This document shows positions 14,438 to 23,417 of a stretch of DNA of 34,814 nucleotides, one piece after another. The notes beneath the pieces are model-generated. The model had not been told where the DNA came from, searched no databases, and saw nothing but the letters and a program-made list of their open reading frames with translations. Both the position numbers and the translations under genes were made by a program. Where the stretch lies: positions 1-34,814 of IMG/VR virus record IMGVR_UViG_3300011335_000821; one strand, 5' to 3'. The DNA is from a virus (taxonomy: Duplodnaviria > Caudoviricetes). Every line of letters begins with the position of its first letter. Within the stretch, counting starts at the first letter, position 1.

Positions 14438-14670
14438 TAAAACAATATTCTTTTGGGTTTCCTCTCCCCCTGTACCCCCTCTCCTTCCCACGTGTACTTG
14501 TTTTCTTTCATTCTTTTAATGTCTTTTTCTTTCTTACTTTCTTTAATTCTTTTAAATATTTAATTAATTCGACATTAGATATACGGAATCCTTCTAAACA
14601 AAAATATGGTTGTGTGACAACTTTGTGAACATTATATAAAAAGGATAGATTTTTTATTGATTGGTAAATA

Positions 14671-14679
14671 TGATATGAT
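14671..14679 (+). promoter_or_regulatory. Extended -10 element upstream of terL (candidate activator-dependent late promoter)
   Basis: TGaTATGAT with no good -35 at 17 bp; RBS AAGGAG before 14719. Confidence 0.4.
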
Positions 14680-14718
14680 GGACATGCCTAAAAAATTTTT
14701 TGAAAAAAAGGAGAAACT

Positions 14719-16098
14719 ATGGAAATTAAAATAAATCCATATCCAAGACAAGTAGAGTTCTTTAAATCAAAAGCACGATACACAGCATATGGAGGTGCAA
14801 GAGGTGGAGGCAAATCTTGGGCGGCTAGAACAAAAGCAGTTCTTTTAGCAAGTAGATATGCAGGTATACAAATTCTATTGTTAAGACGTTCATTAAAAGA
14901 ATTAAGAGAAAACCATGTATTACCATTACAAAAGATGTTAAAGGGAGTAGCAAATTATTCTGAAATGAATAAAGAGTTTACCTTTCCAAACGGCGCTAGA
15001 ATTGTATTAGGTTATTGTTCAACAGATTCAGATGTACTTCAATACCAAGGACAAGCTTATGATGTTATCTTCTTAGAAGAAGCTACACAGTTTACAGAAG
15101 TTCAGTTTAAAACATTTACAGAGTCGAATCGTTCTAGTGGTATGATGTCTGAAAAGTTCTCTCCAAGGATGTATTTTACCTGTAATCCTGGTGGAATAGG
15201 TCATAATTGGATGAAAAGATTGTTTGTAGACCGTAGCTATATAGGTGCAGAAAAACCTGAAAATTATAACTTTATAAAATCAACTGTTTATGAAAATGAA
15301 TACTTGATGAAGAATAATCCAGAGTATGTAGAAAACCTTGAAAACCTGCCTGATGCACGTAAAAAGGCTATGTTATATGGAGATTGGGATGCGTTTGAAG
15401 GACAATACTTTGAAGAATTTAATAGAGATATCCACGTCATTGAACCATTTGATGTTCCAGACCATTGGGACAAATATGTGACTTTAGACTATGGACTTGA
15501 TATGTTAGCCGTTTACTGGATTACCATTGATACAGAAGGAACTGCTTATATCTATAGAGAATTCTGCCAATCCAATTTAATTATATCTGATGCGGCGAAA
15601 AGAATATCTTCTTTAACTAGAGAAAAAGTTAAAGTGTTTTATGCACCTCCAGATCTTTGGAACAGAAGACAAGATACAGGAAAGAGTGCGGCTGAAGTAT
15701 TTAATGAGAATGGATTATTCTTAGTCAAATCTAACAACGATAGAGTGCAAGGTTGGTACAATATAAAAGAATGGTTACAAGTATTTGATACCAAAGATTC
15801 ACAGACAGGATTGGATGTAAAGAGTACACGCTTGAAAATTTGGAAAAATTGTGCTATACTAATCAAAAATCTGCCATTATTACAACACGATGAAAAGAAA
15901 ACAAATGATGTAGCAAACGAACCTCATGAGCTTACTCATAGTCCAGACGCATTGCGTTATTTTTGCTCTATGAGACATCCTTCTTCTTCAAAAAATGATT
16001 CAAAACCAATTAGAAATGGATTTAATTCAGAAAAACCAAAAGAAAATGAATTAACAGATATGAATATACATAAATCATATGTTAATTATGGTTTCTAA
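14719..16098 (+). CDS. terL: Terminase large subunit
   Basis: PYPRQ adenine motif, Walker A GGARGGGKS, Walker B VIFLEE, coupling motif TCNP, nuclease LDYG and H.PDALRY. Confidence 0.96.
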   Translation: MEIKINPYPRQVEFFKSKARYTAYGGARGGGKSWAARTKAVLLASRYAGIQILLLRRSLKELRENHVLPLQKMLKGVANYSEMNKEFTFPNGARIVLGYCSTDSDVLQYQGQAYDVIFLEEATQFTEVQFKTFTESNRSSGMMSEKFSPRMYFTCNPGGIGHNWMKRLFVDRSYIGAEKPENYNFIKSTVYENEYLMKNNPEYVENLENLPDARKKAMLYGDWDAFEGQYFEEFNRDIHVIEPFDVPDHWDKYVTLDYGLDMLAVYWITIDTEGTAYIYREFCQSNLIISDAAKRISSLTREKVKVFYAPPDLWNRRQDTGKSAAEVFNENGLFLVKSNNDRVQGWYNIKEWLQVFDTKDSQTGLDVKSTRLKIWKNCAILIKNLPLLQHDEKKTNDVANEPHELTHSPDALRYFCSMRHPSSSKNDSKPIRNGFNSEKPKENELTDMNIHKSYVNYGF

Positions 16099-16110
16099 AG
16101 GGAGAAAATA

Positions 16111-16344
16111 ATGTTATATATTTTAATTTTTATAATGATCATGGTATTTCCTATTATTTCCGTTATTATATACAGAAAAGGCATTACTGATGGAATTGAT
16201 TTAATTAAAAATAAAGAAATAAAGCCATTAGAAAGTCCTCAAATTAAAATTTTTACAAAAAAAGAAGAAAAAGAAGATGACGTAGTAACTTCGGGATTTA
16301 ACAACCTGATGACATATGATGGTAATCCTCCGAAAGGGGTATAA
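16111..16344 (+). CDS. Small membrane-anchored protein between terL and portal
   Basis: N-terminal hydrophobic helix; RBS AAGGGAG. Confidence 0.75.
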   Translation: MLYILIFIMIMVFPIISVIIYRKGITDGIDLIKNKEIKPLESPQIKIFTKKEEKEDDVVTSGFNNLMTYDGNPPKGV

Positions 16345-16347
16345 CAA

Positions 16348-18069
16348 ATGGCGACGAATCCTAAAGGTTATATGGGGAAAGAAACAGAAGAATGGAAACA
16401 GTATCAAGCAGGAATAGATTATAACCATAAAGTAGATTTATACCAAACTGTAAACAAAAACGAAAGATTCTATGCAGGAGATCAATGGATGGGTGTTGTT
16501 AGCAACGGACTTCCTACTCCTGTTTTTAATATTTTAAAAAGGATTATAAATTATTTCGTTTCATCAATATTAAGTCAGAATGTATCATTACATTTCGTAC
16601 CAGAAAATGTAGGTGATGTAGCTTCTACTGAAGAAGAAGAAAAAATTAAAAAAGCTTCACAATTACTTTCTAGTTATTCAGCAACTTTGTTTGAAAAAAA
16701 TAAAATTAACAATAAATTAAGACAATGGTTATTGGATGCAGCAATTAGTGGTGATGCTTGTGGTTATGTTTACTGGAACTCTGAAATAGATACAGGACAA
16801 GCTTCAAAAGGCGATATAGATGTAGATACTGTAGATAACGTAAATGTTTTTTTTGGAGATCCAAATGAAGTAGATGTACAGAAGCAAATGTATATTATTA
16901 TATCAGCAAGAGAACTTGTTATTAATTTACAAGATGAAGCAAGAGCAAATGGTTTTCCTGAAGAAGATGTATTGCGTATAGGTAGTGATGAAGAAACTTT
17001 TTACCAATCAGGGGACAGATCGCAAATTCAACTTGATTACAGATTTTCAGGAATGGGGAAAACAACCTCACTTCTTAAATTATATAAAAAAGATGGAAAA
17101 GTTTTTGCTAAAAAAATAACAAAGTTTACAAACATTCGTGATGAGTGGGACACAAAACTAACATTATATCCTGTTACTTGGATGAATTGGGATGTTAGAA
17201 AAAATTCATATCATGGTCAAGCATTAGTTACTGGTATCATTCCAAACCAAATCTTTATTAACAAAATGTTTGCAATGGCAATGATGTCATTAATGCACAC
17301 AGCTTTCCCAAAAGTAATCTATAACAAGAATATGATTACAGCTTGGAACAATCAAGTTGGAGCGGCTATTGGTATTGAAAGAATGGGTAATGAATCGGTA
17401 GGTAATGTTGCTCAATACATGAACGCAGGTCAAATGTCTGAACAGGTCATGAGAACGATTGACTTAGCCATAAATTACACGAAAGACATGTTAGGTGCAA
17501 ATGATAACTTACTTGGAGATATTAACCCAGAGAGGGCTTCAGGTCGTTCTATCATTGCAGTACAACAAGCATCAGCAGTTCCTTTAGAAAGTATTAAACA
17601 AAACATGTATCAATTCTTAGAGGATATGGGTTACATTTGGTTAGATTATATTTCTAACTATTATGGAACAAGAAAGATAGATGCTGAAATTTTAGGTAAA
17701 CGTCAAATTGTAGAATTTAATTTTGATGATTTACAAAAGATGAAGTTTCGTTTAAAAATAGAAGTAGGGGCTTCTTCTTATTGGTCTGAACTTGCTTCCA
17801 TTGAAACTTTAGATAGATTGCTACAACAAGAAGCAATTACATTCAAACAATATTTAGAACGTATTCCTGTAGGACTTATTACACAAAAGCAATCTTTGCT
17901 CGAAGACATTAAAAACAAAGATGTCAAACAGCAATTCATATTTGAACAACTAGCTAAATTTGTTGATGGACTACCACCAGAACAACAACAAGCTATCCAA
18001 CAATTACCACCTGAAGAACAAGAAAGAGAAGTCATGCAAATGATGATGCAACAACAAGGAGGAATTTAA
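16348..18069 (+). CDS. Portal protein (P22-like size)
   Basis: 573 aa following terL; NERFYAGDQW, PVFNILK and ASGRSIIAVQQ patterns; Gln-rich tail. Confidence 0.9.
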   Translation: MATNPKGYMGKETEEWKQYQAGIDYNHKVDLYQTVNKNERFYAGDQWMGVVSNGLPTPVFNILKRIINYFVSSILSQNVSLHFVPENVGDVASTEEEEKIKKASQLLSSYSATLFEKNKINNKLRQWLLDAAISGDACGYVYWNSEIDTGQASKGDIDVDTVDNVNVFFGDPNEVDVQKQMYIIISARELVINLQDEARANGFPEEDVLRIGSDEETFYQSGDRSQIQLDYRFSGMGKTTSLLKLYKKDGKVFAKKITKFTNIRDEWDTKLTLYPVTWMNWDVRKNSYHGQALVTGIIPNQIFINKMFAMAMMSLMHTAFPKVIYNKNMITAWNNQVGAAIGIERMGNESVGNVAQYMNAGQMSEQVMRTIDLAINYTKDMLGANDNLLGDINPERASGRSIIAVQQASAVPLESIKQNMYQFLEDMGYIWLDYISNYYGTRKIDAEILGKRQIVEFNFDDLQKMKFRLKIEVGASSYWSELASIETLDRLLQQEAITFKQYLERIPVGLITQKQSLLEDIKNKDVKQQFIFEQLAKFVDGLPPEQQQAIQQLPPEEQEREVMQMMMQQQGGI

Positions 18070-18070
18070 T

Positions 18071-18214
18071 ATGTATGGTTCAAAAGGAAAAAAAGGGAAA
18101 GTTGATGTTGTTATGGCTATGATGTTTGGTAAAAAAACACCAATGTCAAAAAAAGCTAAACCACAAGTAATGAAATCTTATGGAAAAATGAGTTCAAAAA
18201 CTAAAAAAATGTAA
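18071..18214 (+). CDS. 47-aa Lys/Met-rich peptide (not in ORF track): MYGSKGKKGKVDVVMAMMFGKKTPMSKKAKPQVMKSYGKMSSKTKKM
   Basis: Hand-translated; RBS AAGGAGG; starts 1 nt after the portal stop. Confidence 0.75.
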   Translation: MYGSKGKKGKVDVVMAMMFGKKTPMSKKAKPQVMKSYGKMSSKTKKM

Positions 18215-18245
18215 CTTGCCCACCAAGGCATAGGAGGAAATTTAA

Positions 18246-18986
18246 ATGGATGACAACCAAATCATTGATTCAGCATTAGAGATAACACAAGAAACACCTA
18301 GTCAAGAAACAGTTACACCTGTAATTACAAATGATAATGATTATTTAGAAATAAAATACAATAAAGAACAAATACGTATTGATAGAGAACAAGCGAAAGA
18401 ACTTGCACAAAAAGGAATGAATTACGAAAAAGCAGTAGAAAGAGCGAAACAAGAAGCAAGAGACAGTTATATATCCGAACAGGGTTATGAATGGAACGGA
18501 AAAGCAATTACTACAGAATCCGACTACCAACAAGCTTTGAAAGAAAAAGAAATGATTGAGCAGTATCAACAAAAGGATTTACCTGATGAGGTAATTCAAG
18601 AACTTGTTGAAAATAGAAAGTTTAGAGAAAACTATGAAAAACAACAAAATGAAATACAAACTAAAACTCAGAGAGACCGAGATTTTCAAAACTTCTTAGA
18701 AGCATACCCTGACACAAAAGCAGATTCTATTCCACTTTCAGTATGGGAAACCGTAGAAAAAGGGGAGAGTCTAGTAAATGCTTATATGCGTTATGAAAAT
18801 CAATTGCTCAAACAAAAACTAAATATAGAACAAAAGAATCAAGAGAATGTGAATTCATCTATTGGTGCAGTTCGTTCTTCAGGAACAATAAACCCTTTTT
18901 ATACAAGGGAGCAAGTTAGTAAAATGTCTACAGCAGAAGTAAATCAGAATTGGAAACAAGTACAAGAATCTATGAAAAAATGGTAA
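18246..18986 (+). CDS. Capsid scaffolding protein
   Basis: Acidic and helical, directly before the capsid gene; IKYNKE...ELAQKGMNYEK and C-terminal YTREQVSKMS..E. Confidence 0.82.
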   Translation: MDDNQIIDSALEITQETPSQETVTPVITNDNDYLEIKYNKEQIRIDREQAKELAQKGMNYEKAVERAKQEARDSYISEQGYEWNGKAITTESDYQQALKEKEMIEQYQQKDLPDEVIQELVENRKFRENYEKQQNEIQTKTQRDRDFQNFLEAYPDTKADSIPLSVWETVEKGESLVNAYMRYENQLLKQKLNIEQKNQENVNSSIGAVRSSGTINPFYTREQVSKMSTAEVNQNWKQVQESMKKW

Positions 18987-19001
18987 AAGGAGAAATGCTA
19001 A

Positions 19002-19835
19002 ATGTCGATCTCAAATTTCATTCCACAAATATGGTCTACAAAAATTATTCGTACATTAGAAGATAATTTAGTAGGTAAAAGAATTTGTACGCTAGAGGCT
19101 GAAGGCGAAATTAAAAAATCAGGCGATACTGTATTTTTTAATGGACTAGCTGACCCAACGATTTCTGCATACTCTGGTAGTGTTTCTTATGAAGCATTGC
19201 AAGATGCAGGAGTAGTAATGTTAATTGACCAAAAAGATTATTTTGCTTTTAAAGTAAGCGACATTGAAAAAGCACAAGCAAATGTAGATGTAAAAGGTAG
19301 CCAAGCAGATCGATCTGCTTATAAACTTCAACAAGCCGCTGATTCTTACATCTTAGGATTACATGGACAAGCTTCATTAACTTCTTCCGCAACTGTAACT
19401 TCAGCTAATATTTTCTCAAGTATTGGAGAAGTTCAAAATTCATTAGCACAAGCTAACGTATCTGATAAAGATATGTGGATGATTATTACTCCTTGGGTTA
19501 GACTTAAACTAGAACTTGCAGGAGTTAAGTTCCAAATCAACAATGGTGTCAACGGAACTGGTGGAATGGCTTGGACAGATTCTCTTGGATTCGATATCTA
19601 TGTTACAAACCAAGTTGTTAATACAGGTACTGTAGCGTCTCCAGTTTCAAAAGTTTTAGCAGGTGCTTATAATTCAATTGGATTTGCCAGTCAGATTATG
19701 GAAACTGAAGCAGTTCGATTAGAATCCTCATTTGATACAGGTGTTCGTGGATTGCATGTTTATGGCGCTAAAGTAATTCAACCTAATCTTCTTCATACAG
19801 CTACGTTAACATATGCAGCTGAAACTACTATTTAA
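19002..19835 (+). CDS. Major capsid protein
   Basis: NFIPQIWS, EGEIKKSGDTV, IDQKDYFAFKV.D and F..GVRGLHVYGAKVI.P; follows the scaffold. Confidence 0.92.
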   Translation: MSISNFIPQIWSTKIIRTLEDNLVGKRICTLEAEGEIKKSGDTVFFNGLADPTISAYSGSVSYEALQDAGVVMLIDQKDYFAFKVSDIEKAQANVDVKGSQADRSAYKLQQAADSYILGLHGQASLTSSATVTSANIFSSIGEVQNSLAQANVSDKDMWMIITPWVRLKLELAGVKFQINNGVNGTGGMAWTDSLGFDIYVTNQVVNTGTVASPVSKVLAGAYNSIGFASQIMETEAVRLESSFDTGVRGLHVYGAKVIQPNLLHTATLTYAAETTI

Positions 19836-19857
19836 TTAATTAAGGAGGAAACCTAAA

Positions 19858-20301
19858 ATGGCAGCAAAAACAACAGCAACAACAGTAGCGGCTACAAGTC
19901 CGTTATTAAATACACCTACAGCAACTGCTTTTACAATAGCAGTAAATACAGGAACAACTTCAACAGATACTGAGTTTTTTGAAATCACAGTAACTAAAGC
20001 TGAACCTCGTGGTGTTATTATAATTTCAAACTTTAGTACAGTATCAACTTCCACAGTTCGATACACAGTAGTAGCTCCAACAGGAACTTCTAAATATTGG
20101 GCGGCAGGTTCTGATATTGCTGAAGGTACAATTGCAGGAGCTTTAGCAAGTGGTGCAAATCAAGCTTCAATTGTTATCGAAGGTGCAAAATATACTAACA
20201 CAAGTGGAAAGATTCGTGTAAATATTGCTTTATCAACAGCAGGTGTTACTACAGGTGGTCTTGCGGCAGTAACTAAAATTGCATACGTTCAACTTCCGTA
20301 A
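19858..20301 (+). CDS. Probable capsid decoration/cement protein
   Basis: Thr/Ala-rich, beta-type; strong RBS; lies between the capsid gene and a terminator. Confidence 0.6.
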   Translation: MAAKTTATTVAATSPLLNTPTATAFTIAVNTGTTSTDTEFFEITVTKAEPRGVIIISNFSTVSTSTVRYTVVAPTGTSKYWAAGSDIAEGTIAGALASGANQASIVIEGAKYTNTSGKIRVNIALSTAGVTTGGLAAVTKIAYVQLP

Positions 20302-20307
20302 TTAAAT

Positions 20308-20334
20308 AGGGGAGAGAAATCTCCCCTCCTTTTT
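20308..20334 (+). terminator. Terminator/attenuator after the capsid genes
   Basis: AGGGGAGA-gaaa-TCTCCCCT followed by CCTTTTT. Confidence 0.8.
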
Positions 20335-20344
20335 GGAGAAAAAA

Positions 20345-20578
20345 ATGAAAATTATTGGTACACCTAATTTATTAGTGAAATTTAGTAAACCAATAGGGAC
20401 TTTAAAATATATAAAATTTAATGATATTGGTGAATATGAAACAGAAAATGAATCAATTATTAAAAGACTTTCACAACATTTTAGTATTGGGAAGTTTCCA
20501 TGTAAATATTGTAATAAGTTCTTTGAAAATAAAGGTGATCTATTAGTTCATTACCGTAAACACAAGGAGGTAAAATAA
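20345..20578 (+). CDS. Small protein with a C-terminal classical C2H2 zinc finger
   Basis: FPCKYCNKFFENKGDLLVHYRKH; ATG at 20345 after GGAG. Confidence 0.8.
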   Translation: MKIIGTPNLLVKFSKPIGTLKYIKFNDIGEYETENESIIKRLSQHFSIGKFPCKYCNKFFENKGDLLVHYRKHKEVK

Positions 20579-20829
20579 TGAGTCAAGCAATTATTAGTTT
20601 GCTTAATGGATTAAAAGGAGAAGATTTTGTAGCCGTAACACCATCGGATAGCACTGTACTCACATTAACTCAAGGTATATATATAGGAACTTCTGGTGAT
20701 CTAGTTGTTTTAACAAAAGCAGGAACAACAGCTACTTTTAAAAATATAAGTTCAGGAGTTATTTATCCAATTCAGTGTACTAAGGTTGGAGTAAGTTCAA
20801 CTGCCGCTGATATTTTGGCGGTGTATTAA
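20578..20829 (+). CDS. Head spike base protein (RcGTA Rcc01079-like)
   Basis: AVTPSD..L....GIYIGTSGDL.V......TFKN...G..YPIQ..KV....TAADILA.Y. Confidence 0.8.
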   Translation: MSQAIISLLNGLKGEDFVAVTPSDSTVLTLTQGIYIGTSGDLVVLTKAGTTATFKNISSGVIYPIQCTKVGVSSTAADILAVY

Positions 20830-20831
20830 GG

Positions 20832-22241
20832 ATGAGTGGTTACGGAATTGCAAATGCTATAGGATTTAATTCTTTAGGATTTTCTCCAAAATCAATTTCA
20901 AATATGCAATTATGGTATGATGCAACCGATGTAGGTACACAAGGTTATTCATTAGATTTTGACGGTGTAGATGATTTAGCAACAGCGGATAATGAAATAA
21001 CAGCATATCCTTTTACATTTGAAACTTGGGTTAAATATGATGTAGTTGCCAGTAAAGCTTTTTTAGCTATTAATCAAAGTGATAATAATACTCGATATTG
21101 GGGATTAAGAGTAAGTTCTTCACTATTTACAATAGTATCAAGAAACACAACTCAATTTTTAACATCAGGAACAACTACAGTATTAGCTAATACATGGTAT
21201 CATATTGCAGGAGTTTTTGAGTCAAACACATCAAAAAAACTTTACGTAAATGGAGTTTTAGAAGCAACACAAACAGATAACGTAACTTTTAATAATTCAG
21301 CAAATAACAAATTATTAATGGGATTATATAGACCTGTAAGTGGCGAACCATTTAATGGCAAACTATCTGATGTAAGAGTTTGGAACACAGCGAGAACCGT
21401 AACAGAAATATTAGATAATTATAATAAGCGATTAATAGGTAATGAAACTGGTTTAGTTGGTTACTGGAAACTAAGCGAAGGCATATCCGCAGTAGCAAAA
21501 GATTTTACAAGCAATGCAAATGATGCAACAATAACTGAAGCAGTATGGATTGTGGACGAACCGTTTAGCAATGGAGTTATTTCTGATTATTCGAGCATGC
21601 GAATATGGAAAGATAAAAGTATTAATGGATATCATGCTACACAAGCAACAAGTGCAAATCGTCCAACATATAGAAGTAATCAAATCGATAGCAAAGCTAC
21701 AATACAATTTGATGGAACTGATGATTCTTTATCATTGCCTAGTGGTGCATTAAGCATATTGAATAATGTTGCAGGGGCAAGTATATTTATAGTTTATAAA
21801 GCTACAACTGATTTAACATTACAAACACCTTTATGGATTTCAAGTGGTACATCAGTGAATCAATCAAGAGTGAATTTAAGAAAATCTGCTACTAATACAT
21901 TTAGTTCATTTGGTCGCAGATTAGATGCAGATGCTACTGCGCAAAATGTTCAATCTACTACAACAAATATTGGTAATTATATTTTACAATCTGTAAAATT
22001 TGACTATCAAAATACTTTACTAGAACAATATTTAAATAATTCATTAGAAGGTCAAAGCTTAACTTTTCAAACTTCAGGAAACACAAGTAATACAAATTCA
22101 CTTTCTTTTACTTTAGGTTCTACTAATTCAAGTAGTTTTTTAAATGGTAATATGGCAGAGCTTATTATTTATAATAAAACATTAAGTACAGCTGAATTCA
22201 ATAATGTAAACAAATACCTTATGGCGAAATGGGGATTATAA
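20832..22241 (+). CDS. Head fibre / adhesin with two LamG (concanavalin-A-like) domains
   Basis: Gly-hydrophobic N-terminus, SLDFDGVDD, FTFETWVK, WYHIAGV, FNGKLSDVRVWNTART, LVGYWKL, and a second domain ending LNGNMAELIIYN...YLMAKWGL. Confidence 0.82.
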   Translation: MSGYGIANAIGFNSLGFSPKSISNMQLWYDATDVGTQGYSLDFDGVDDLATADNEITAYPFTFETWVKYDVVASKAFLAINQSDNNTRYWGLRVSSSLFTIVSRNTTQFLTSGTTTVLANTWYHIAGVFESNTSKKLYVNGVLEATQTDNVTFNNSANNKLLMGLYRPVSGEPFNGKLSDVRVWNTARTVTEILDNYNKRLIGNETGLVGYWKLSEGISAVAKDFTSNANDATITEAVWIVDEPFSNGVISDYSSMRIWKDKSINGYHATQATSANRPTYRSNQIDSKATIQFDGTDDSLSLPSGALSILNNVAGASIFIVYKATTDLTLQTPLWISSGTSVNQSRVNLRKSATNTFSSFGRRLDADATAQNVQSTTTNIGNYILQSVKFDYQNTLLEQYLNNSLEGQSLTFQTSGNTSNTNSLSFTLGSTNSSSFLNGNMAELIIYNKTLSTAEFNNVNKYLMAKWGL

Positions 22242-22242
22242 A

Positions 22243-22500
22243 ATGATTCATAGATACTTTGTTATTACAAAAGATAAGAAAGACGAAGCGAATTTATTTT
22301 GTAATTCTATTGGTGCAGAAGGCGATACTTTTACAATTCCACTTTTTAAGAATCAAGTTCATACTCATTACTGGACTGGTTGGTTAATGACTACAGAACA
22401 GTATTTACAAATGGCAAACAAGTACACTACAAATTTTGATAATTACATGGAAACTTTAGAAACTCTTGGTTTAGAAGTCAAAAGTGGAGTTGATGAATAG
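22243..22500 (+). CDS. Hypothetical protein (possible fibre chaperone)
   Basis: Tightly coupled to the fibre gene. Confidence 0.7.
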   Translation: MIHRYFVITKDKKDEANLFCNSIGAEGDTFTIPLFKNQVHTHYWTGWLMTTEQYLQMANKYTTNFDNYMETLETLGLEVKSGVDE

Positions 22501-23417
22501 TGGCTACAACTGTACAAGAAGTATTTGAAATTACAATGGATCTGATTGATGAAAGATTAGATACTGGTGTTATTGATGTGACAGACACAGCTTTATATAA
22601 AGTAAAAACTCCAGGTATTCTAAATGTTTTACAAGCAGAACTTTTAAAACAAGGCGATATTTATTCGACTTATTCTATTTCAAACAAACCAATAAACAAT
22701 GAACTTGGAACACGATCTGAATTTAATGTAGAGAATTATGAAGGAACAGAACAAACGTACGTTGCAAACTCTCAATGTAAAGCATATTATTTTGAAGTAG
22801 ATGACACTTCTACAGTGATTATAGAAGATTATACTTCTTCTTGGAATACGTTAGCAACTATAAGTGCTACTTCCACAAATGGTTTTACTGCATATAAAGG
22901 AATAGTAACACCTACTGTAAATGCAACTAAATCAAGAATACGTTTTACAGGAAGTTATTACTATAGACATGTAAACAGAGCATTGTTTAATGTTCCATTT
23001 TTAAATGCTACTAAAGTACCTGATTATAGACCTTGGATTAAAAAAACAATGCCATCTGATTTCAAAAGTGTAGATGAGATTATTAATGAATTTTATGAAA
23101 GAAATTATACAAAAGATGCAAATTTTAAATGGGAAGGTAGAAATCAACTTTATATAGATTATTATTACGAAGGAAATATTCGCATTGTTTACCATCCAAT
23201 CCCAACAAAATTAACCACAACAACAGAAGATGTTCAAGTCGATGATATTACGGCAAGAACTATTTTGCCATATGGATTAGCTGCTCATTTATTATTAACA
23301 GAAAATACTGAATCAGCTTCTTTCTTTCAACAAAGATATGAAGAACTTAAATTTTCAGGGACTAGACAACAAGCGGCTAGTGCTGAACAAATTGCTGACA
23401 TTTATGGAGGGATATAA
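22500..23417 (+). CDS. Putative head-tail adaptor
   Basis: Helical N-terminus, MPSDF, Y.PIP..L, ILPYGLAAHLL...FFQQRYEE; precedes the nozzle-like gene. Confidence 0.65.
   Translation: MATTVQEVFEITMDLIDERLDTGVIDVTDTALYKVKTPGILNVLQAELLKQGDIYSTYSISNKPINNELGTRSEFNVENYEGTEQTYVANSQCKAYYFEVDDTSTVIIEDYTSSWNTLATISATSTNGFTAYKGIVTPTVNATKSRIRFTGSYYYRHVNRALFNVPFLNATKVPDYRPWIKKTMPSDFKSVDEIINEFYERNYTKDANFKWEGRNQLYIDYYYEGNIRIVYHPIPTKLTTTTEDVQVDDITARTILPYGLAAHLLLTENTESASFFQQRYEELKFSGTRQQAASAEQIADIYGGI

Noticed and set aside
14568-14574. Perfect Spo0A box (TTCGACA) upstream of terL
   Set aside because: It is a single 7-mer. A rough estimate at about 30% GC expects a few such hits by chance in 34.5 kb.
14245-14628. 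ORF-track calls 14245..14511 (-) and 14410..14628 (+)
   Set aside because: They overlap each other, lack a clear RBS and translate low-complexity purine/pyrimidine tracts.
19800-19860. Programmed frameshift or readthrough extending the capsid protein
   Set aside because: No slippery heptamer before the TAA, further stops follow at once, and the next gene has its own strong RBS.
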